Below, piece by piece: positions 27,313 to 32,000 of a stretch of DNA of 32,000 nucleotides; the stretch's first letter is position 1; every line of letters starts with the position of its first letter. Below the pieces are notes generated by a model. The model had not been told where the DNA came from and ran no database searches. It saw only the letters and a list, made by a program, of their open reading frames with translations. The position numbers and the translations under genes are program-made. This stretch comes from Candidatus Methylomirabilis oxygeniifera (GTDB taxonomy: Bacteria > Methylomirabilota > Methylomirabilia > Methylomirabilales > Methylomirabilaceae), in assembly GCA_000091165.1 (NCBI GenBank), contig FP565575.1, positions 1,770,001 through 1,802,000 on the forward strand. Direction: 5' to 3'.

Positions 27313-27340
27313 GGGTGTAGGGTGTAGGGTGTAGGGTAAA
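27313..27340. repeat. Tandem heptamer GGGTGTA x3 plus a degenerate fourth unit (GGGTAAA)
   Basis: Read directly at 27313-27340. It lies in the 124-nt spacer between the uppS stop (27407) and the start of the 26944..27282 gene. Confidence 0.9.
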
Positions 27341-27406
27341 GACGGGAGCACGCCACCATCCACACTACGAACCATACGCCTCGCACTTTGCACCTCAACC
27401 GCTCGC

Positions 27407-28204
27407 TTAGACCCCAAACCGGCGCTCGCGCTGCTGAAAGCTTCGAATGGCTCGGAGAAAGTCGATCTTTCTAAAGACCGGCCAATAGGCGTCACAAAAG
27501 TAATACTCGCTGTACGCGCTCTGCCAGAGCAGGAATCCGCTCAGCCGAACCTCACCGCTGGTCCGGATGATAAGATCAGGGTCAGGCAGATCGTAGGTAT
27601 AAAGATACTTCCCGATCTCATCGATAGAAATCTCGTCAATGATCTGCTCCAGTGGAACCATTCTTGCCGTTTTATCTCTGAGCATCGTCGCAATAGCATC
27701 CGCGATCTCCTGTCGCCCGCCATACCCTACGGCGACATTCAGGCAGAAGGCGTCGTAGTCTCGGGTCGCATCCTCTGCCTCTTGAATCGCCTTCACTGTA
27801 GACTGCGGCAGAAGCTCCATCTTGCCGATGGCCCTGATCCGCATCCGCTTCCGGTGTACCTTGGGATCTCGGGCGATGTCATGCATCTTCTTCTCAATGA
27901 GTGCGAGAAGGCCGTTCACCTCCTCCTGACTTCGCGATACATTTTCGGTAGAGAAGATCCATACCGTGACCATCCGAATCGCAAGCTCTTCACACCAGTT
28001 TAGGACCTCCTCCAATTTCTCCGCTCCTCTCCGATGGCCCTCAAGGAGCGTCGAATAGCCTCGCTCGCGCGCGTATCGCCGATTGCCGTCGAGGATCAGG
28101 CCGATGTGCCGGGGCAGCTCTCCGCCTCGAACCTCCTGAAACAGCCGCCCTTCGTACAGTCGGTACAGCAGATGCTTAAACATGCCGTATCGTTCCTTCG
28201 TCAC
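27407..28204 (-). CDS. uppS: Isoprenyl transferase (undecaprenyl-diphosphate synthase type)
   Basis: PRHIGLILDGNRRYA, VTVWIFSTEN, IRTSGEVRLSGFLLWQSAYSEYYF. Confidence 0.92.
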   Translation of the reverse strand: MTKERYGMFKHLLYRLYEGRLFQEVRGGELPRHIGLILDGNRRYARERGYSTLLEGHRRGAEKLEEVLNWCEELAIRMVTVWIFSTENVSRSQEEVNGLLALIEKKMHDIARDPKVHRKRMRIRAIGKMELLPQSTVKAIQEAEDATRDYDAFCLNVAVGYGGRQEIADAIATMLRDKTARMVPLEQIIDEISIDEIGKYLYTYDLPDPDLIIRTSGEVRLSGFLLWQSAYSEYYFCDAYWPVFRKIDFLRAIRSFQQRERRFGV

Positions 28205-28318
28205 TCACTGGCGCCACACCGGTCGCTCCTTAAATCCTTGAATCTTCACCCTCCCCATCGCAGCACCAGGGACTGCGACTGAATACAGAAGACAGGTACG
28301 CGTGGTATGATAAGGAAT

Positions 28319-29407
28319 CTACGACTCCGAAAAATTGAAGGGGGACGGCGTGATAACGCTCAGCAACAGCAGCAGCGACGCAAAGCCCAACAGCCTTCTA
28401 CGGTCATCCAACCGTGTCACATCGTTCAGTGGAGGAGGATGTTTCAGTCCCAGGATCAATGAGAGTGATGCCCAGAACAGCCACCCCGGCCAATACGCGA
28501 TCCCCATGCCGATCAGCGCCAGCAGGGTGACGATCGCCACCCTCCGGTGATGCCGACCCACCAGCGCGTACGAGATGTGGCCGCCATCCAGTTGACCGAT
28601 CGGGAGCAGATTGAGGGCCGTCACGAACAGACCGATCCATCCAGCGAATGCAACCGGGTGCAACAGCACGTCGCCTCCCTCCGGTATCGGTCCCAGCGTT
28701 AACCACTGCAGGAGCGAAAACAGAAGTGGTGTCCCTAGCGCGATGCCGGCATGTTCTTCCGAACCGGTGAGAATCAGCTCCGACCAGCGCAGCCCCACAA
28801 CGATGGCCGGCAGCGCCACGCATAACCCTGCAAGTGGTCCTGCAATCCCGACGTCAAAGAGCGCTCTGCGATCGGTAACCGGCGACTTCATCTTGATGAA
28901 CGCCCCGAAGGTCCCGAGCCCGATCGGAGCGGGGATAAAATAGGGGAGCGTGACCGCGATACCATAGCGTCGAGCGGTGAAGTAGTGCCCGAGCTCATGT
29001 ACACCAAGGATCAACAGCAGCGTGATCGCAAAAGGGAGTCCCAGCGCCAGCGACCGGGGATCGGCAAAGGGGTTGGCGCCTCGATTGGCGGCTCCTACAA
29101 ACACCGTCGTCGCAAGGGTAGCCAGCAGCAGCGCAACATTCACCCACGGACCGGTACGAAACAGCCGTTTCGCAGGTGGGACTCGGAGGATCGTCAGATC
29201 CTCCTCGCTTCGAAGCAGCGGGTAATAGCCGTGGGGCGCAAGCCGTTCCGTCAATTCAGCGATAGCCGCGACGGGATCGATCAGCAATCTTCCTTGTAAG
29301 CGGACGACTCCATCAAACAGGTGTCTCTCGCTGACCACAAAGACGTCTGCCATCTCGCGCTCAAGAAAAAAGAGGACGTCCTCTTCCGGATTCAGCCAGC
29401 TTGCCAT
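28319..29407 (-). CDS. Site-2 protease family (M50) membrane metalloprotease
   Basis: Polytopic membrane protein with HExxH in LGVHELGHYFTARRYG and a second motif, NLLPIGQLDGGH. Confidence 0.85.
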   Translation of the reverse strand: MASWLNPEEDVLFFLEREMADVFVVSERHLFDGVVRLQGRLLIDPVAAIAELTERLAPHGYYPLLRSEEDLTILRVPPAKRLFRTGPWVNVALLLATLATTVFVGAANRGANPFADPRSLALGLPFAITLLLILGVHELGHYFTARRYGIAVTLPYFIPAPIGLGTFGAFIKMKSPVTDRRALFDVGIAGPLAGLCVALPAIVVGLRWSELILTGSEEHAGIALGTPLLFSLLQWLTLGPIPEGGDVLLHPVAFAGWIGLFVTALNLLPIGQLDGGHISYALVGRHHRRVAIVTLLALIGMGIAYWPGWLFWASLSLILGLKHPPPLNDVTRLDDRRRLLGFASLLLLLSVITPSPFNFSES

Positions 29408-29540
29408 ACCTTTTTTATACCACGGACCCTATGAGCGGTCAAACTCCTCCATCACCTCTCCACGAGAGCCCGATTCTACAAAGGGGAGATATGGGGGATG
29501 TGGCTGAAGCTGATGGCTGAGCGCGTTTTTCTAATCAACC

Positions 29541-30515
29541 TCACTGATTCTTGAGGCTTGCGCGACTGACATGGTAGTAAAAGGCCGCTCGGATATTCAG
29601 TCGCTCGAAGCGCATCTGCTCAGAAAACGGACCGAAGGGGTTGGCCAGTCGGATCGCTCGAATCGCCTCGTTATCCAGCGGGGCGAGACCGGACGTCTGC
29701 GTGAGTTGCAGATCGCTTAAGCGGCCATCGCGGGTGATCCCAAAGGTGATTATTAGATTCCCAGTCAGACCCCGCGCGTCCGGAGGGTAACTCCAGACCC
29801 TTTCAATCCGCCTCTTTACCACCATCAGATAGGACGCAAACCGGGAATCCTGACTATCCAACGAGACCGTCGGCCCGGTGGCGGAACCTGTATCACCCTC
29901 ATCTCCGGTATCAGTCGCCTGGCCGGGGTATTGCCCGGCATCGAGGCTTTTCCATAGCATGGCCATTTGACCTCTGAGGTTGGATGGGCGGGTCGATCCA
30001 CCCACGCCCACGCCCTCGCCCTCGAGTGGCTCAACGTGAGCCGCCTTCGGGCCGGGAGCGGCGTCCGCGCCCTGCAACGTTCGCAGCGGCGGCGGCGTCC
30101 ACGGGGTCAGTGCGGTCTGATAGGCAGAAGGAGCATGAGGCCTCACTGTCGCTGCTGATACGGCTGGAGGAGTCACGGTTCTGCGAGAGGAGGCCGATGC
30201 AAGGCGCCGAAAGCGGCGTGAACTGGCCTGCGCTTTTTGCAGACCCGCCTGTTTTGTGCGCCGATGCGCGCGTGCTGTCGTTGTCCTAAGGGTTCTACGA
30301 TCAGGTACCGGCACAGCCCGGGTCCGAATCGATCGATCGACAATCCGAACCTGGAGCGGCCGGTCGGTAGGCAGTCCGGCAGACCGCTGCATGGCGCTGA
30401 TCAGGCCGATAAACACCAGATGCGCCAGCAGCGAAACAACGATAAAGTTGCGGATTTGCGGATGCTCAGCAAACAACATCCGCAACCCGCCATCTTGAAC
30501 CTTGACTCTCAACAC
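29541..30515 (-). CDS. tonB: TonB-family energy-transducer protein
   Basis: N-terminal TM anchor (IRNFIVVSLLAHLVFIGLISA), a Pro/Ala/Arg-rich spacer, and a C-terminal TonB domain (YLMVVKRRIERVWSYPP...GNLIITFGITRDGRLSDLQL..SGLAPLDNEAIRAIR). The start may be ATG 30479. Confidence 0.8.
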   Translation of the reverse strand: MLRVKVQDGGLRMLFAEHPQIRNFIVVSLLAHLVFIGLISAMQRSAGLPTDRPLQVRIVDRSIRTRAVPVPDRRTLRTTTARAHRRTKQAGLQKAQASSRRFRRLASASSRRTVTPPAVSAATVRPHAPSAYQTALTPWTPPPLRTLQGADAAPGPKAAHVEPLEGEGVGVGGSTRPSNLRGQMAMLWKSLDAGQYPGQATDTGDEGDTGSATGPTVSLDSQDSRFASYLMVVKRRIERVWSYPPDARGLTGNLIITFGITRDGRLSDLQLTQTSGLAPLDNEAIRAIRLANPFGPFSEQMRFERLNIRAAFYYHVSRASLKNQ

Positions 30516-30549
30516 TAGTCGTTACAATAGTCCGCAGTCGCCATATTTG

Positions 30550-31383
30550 TCAAGGGTTGATCGCCTCAGAGGCGTCTTCTCGGGCAGAGAACAGATCCCC
30601 TGCGTCGGGTGCGAAGGTCATCCAGGGAATACCGAGCGCGGGATGCCGATCTACTAGCACGGACACGCCGAAGACCTCTCGTATCGTATTCGGCCGGATG
30701 ACCTCATCCGGGGGACCATCCGCTACGACGCGACCCGATGAGAGAAGGACCAGACGGTCAAAATAGAGTGAAGACAGATTCAGATCGTGAAGCGATGAAA
30801 CAATCGTCAGACGGCGCTGAAGGTTGAGATCTTTGATCAGCGACAGCATCCGGATCTGGTGATTGAGATCGAGAGAGCGGGTCGGTTCGTCGAGCAGCAG
30901 CAAACGTGGCTGTTGTGCCAGCGCCATCGCCAGGATCACCCGCTGGCGTTCCCCTCCGGAGAGTTCGTTGTACAGGCGGCCGGCAGCAGACAGAAGATCC
31001 GTGGCGGCCATCGCCGCTCGTACCGTGTCCAGGTCCGTATGCGCAGGGCCGCGGTAGCGATGCAGATACGGGGTACGCCCCAATAACACCACCTCCCTCA
31101 CTGTGAGGGAATACGGTAGCAGTAATTCCTGGGGAACCATAGCAATCGCCCGCGCCCGCGTCATTCGGCTCATCCCACCCAGATCTTCGCCCTCGAAAGA
31201 GATCGTACCGTCCCCTGGATGCAACACGCCCAGCATCAGCTTCAGGAGCGTCGTCTTTCCCGAGCCATTCGGGCCGAGAATCGCCACCCGTTCACCAGGC
31301 TCGATACACAGATCGATCCCCGCAAGCCCGAAGCCGCTCGAATAGGTGAAATGAACGCCGTCGAGACGCACCCCTGGCCTCAT
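30550..31383 (-). CDS. ABC transporter ATP-binding protein (iron-siderophore/cobalamin FecE/BtuD type)
   Basis: Walker A GPNGSGKTT, Q-loop, signature LSGGERQR, Walker B LLLLDEPT. ATG at 31383 overlaps the permease stop (ATGA). The 125-aa Gly/Arg-rich extension up to 31758 is rejected. Confidence 0.9.
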   Translation of the reverse strand: MRPGVRLDGVHFTYSSGFGLAGIDLCIEPGERVAILGPNGSGKTTLLKLMLGVLHPGDGTISFEGEDLGGMSRMTRARAIAMVPQELLLPYSLTVREVVLLGRTPYLHRYRGPAHTDLDTVRAAMAATDLLSAAGRLYNELSGGERQRVILAMALAQQPRLLLLDEPTRSLDLNHQIRMLSLIKDLNLQRRLTIVSSLHDLNLSSLYFDRLVLLSSGRVVADGPPDEVIRPNTIREVFGVSVLVDRHPALGIPWMTFAPDAGDLFSAREDASEAINP

Positions 31384-32000
31384 CGCCACCCCGACTCCTT
31401 TCCGTTTCGCCGTAGGAGGAAAAGAAAAAGGGGACCGCCGAGCAGGGCCGTGAAGATTCCCACGGGAAGTTCCGCCGGAGCTGTGAGGGAGCGCGCTGCC
31501 GTATCCGCCAGTACCAGCAGGGCTGCGCCGGCCAGGGCCGAAGCCGGTAAGAGCCGTCGGTGATCCGACCCGACCAGAAGGCGTAGGATGTGCGGAACAG
31601 CAAGCCCCAGAAATCCGATCAGACCGCTCACGCTGACGGCAGCGCCCGTCAACAGCGCACCGAGCACAATGATCCGGCCGGACTCTCGATCCAGGTCCAC
31701 TCCCAGAGCTTGCGCCCCCTCTTCTCCCACCGTCAGCGCATTGAGCGACACCGCACAACCATATGCCGCAATAATGCCCGCAACAATGATCGGCCCTACT
31801 GCCAACAGTTGTCGCGGATCATTCACTGCGATCCCACCCATAAGCCAGGTAAAGACTTGACGCAATCGAAACTCGCTCCCCTCGAACAGCAGGATGCTCA
31901 ATGAGCCCAGATAGCCGAGAACCGCATTGACAATGACACCCGCGAGCAACAGGGTCACCGGCGAGCAGCGCCCATCTATCCGCGCAAGCCGGTAGACCAG
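31380..32000 (-). CDS. FecCD-family ABC transporter permease, with its 5' end beyond the window
   Basis: The hydrophobic C-terminal part reads VGEEGAQALGVDLDR, LLTGAAVSVSGLIGFLGLAVPHILR, ELPVGIFTALLGGPLFLFLL. I checked that the frame stays open from 31958 to 32000. Confidence 0.85.
   Translation of the reverse strand: MVYRLARIDGRCSPVTLLLAGVIVNAVLGYLGSLSILLFEGSEFRLRQVFTWLMGGIAVNDPRQLLAVGPIIVAGIIAAYGCAVSLNALTVGEEGAQALGVDLDRESGRIIVLGALLTGAAVSVSGLIGFLGLAVPHILRLLVGSDHRRLLPASALAGAALLVLADTAARSLTAPAELPVGIFTALLGGPLFLFLLRRNGKESGWR

Noticed and set aside
31384-31758. 125-aa N-terminal extension of the ABC ATPase ORF
   Set aside because: The extension is Gly/Arg/Ser-rich and overlaps the permease coding region. 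The ATG at 31383 forms an ATGA overlap with the permease stop and yields a normal ATPase of about 278 aa.

Overview
This is a high-GC (roughly 60% by eye) bacterial chromosome segment, coded almost entirely on the minus strand. I could not run any searches, so every family call rests on motifs I read in the translations.

The window falls into four blocks.

(1) Positions 1-8.7 kb hold one end of an integrated element sitting at the 3' end of an initiator tRNA-fMet gene. It carries:
- a large serine recombinase whose ORF reads 41 nt into the tRNA;
- a Type III Res-like helicase/nuclease, missing from the ORF track because it runs off the window edge (I translated it by hand);
- an Mrr-type PD-(D/E)xK nuclease;
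- a HEPN-like protein;
- two proteins of unknown function.

(2) Positions 8.7-19.2 kb are housekeeping genes: rlmN, a TPR lipoprotein, mltG, ruvX, an EndoIII-like glycosylase, a threonine synthase fused to a LeuA-type regulatory domain, a zincin, a rhomboid, pcm, a sigma-70 family factor, a DUF62 SAM hydrolase and a PaaI thioesterase. The block ends at tRNA-Leu(CAG).

(3) Positions 19.3-25.6 kb are an accessory block directly downstream of tRNA-Leu.
- It starts with a RelA/SpoT-domain (toxSAS-like) gene, translationally coupled to a 79-aa ORF.
- It continues with a two-gene module: an intact C14 orthocaspase, followed by a 1379-aa protein.
- That protein combines a catalytically dead clostripain(C11)-like domain, an intact CHAT protease domain, a basic/proline-rich linker and a lipase-like alpha/beta-hydrolase.
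- This protease-hydrolase module is my top candidate for an undescribed cell-death or defence-type system.

(4) Positions 25.8-32 kb are housekeeping again: msrB (apparently frameshifted just before its catalytic Cys motif), a TIGR04073-like protein, uppS, a site-2 protease, TonB, and an ABC importer ATPase plus permease.

I saw no CRISPR array and no rRNA.
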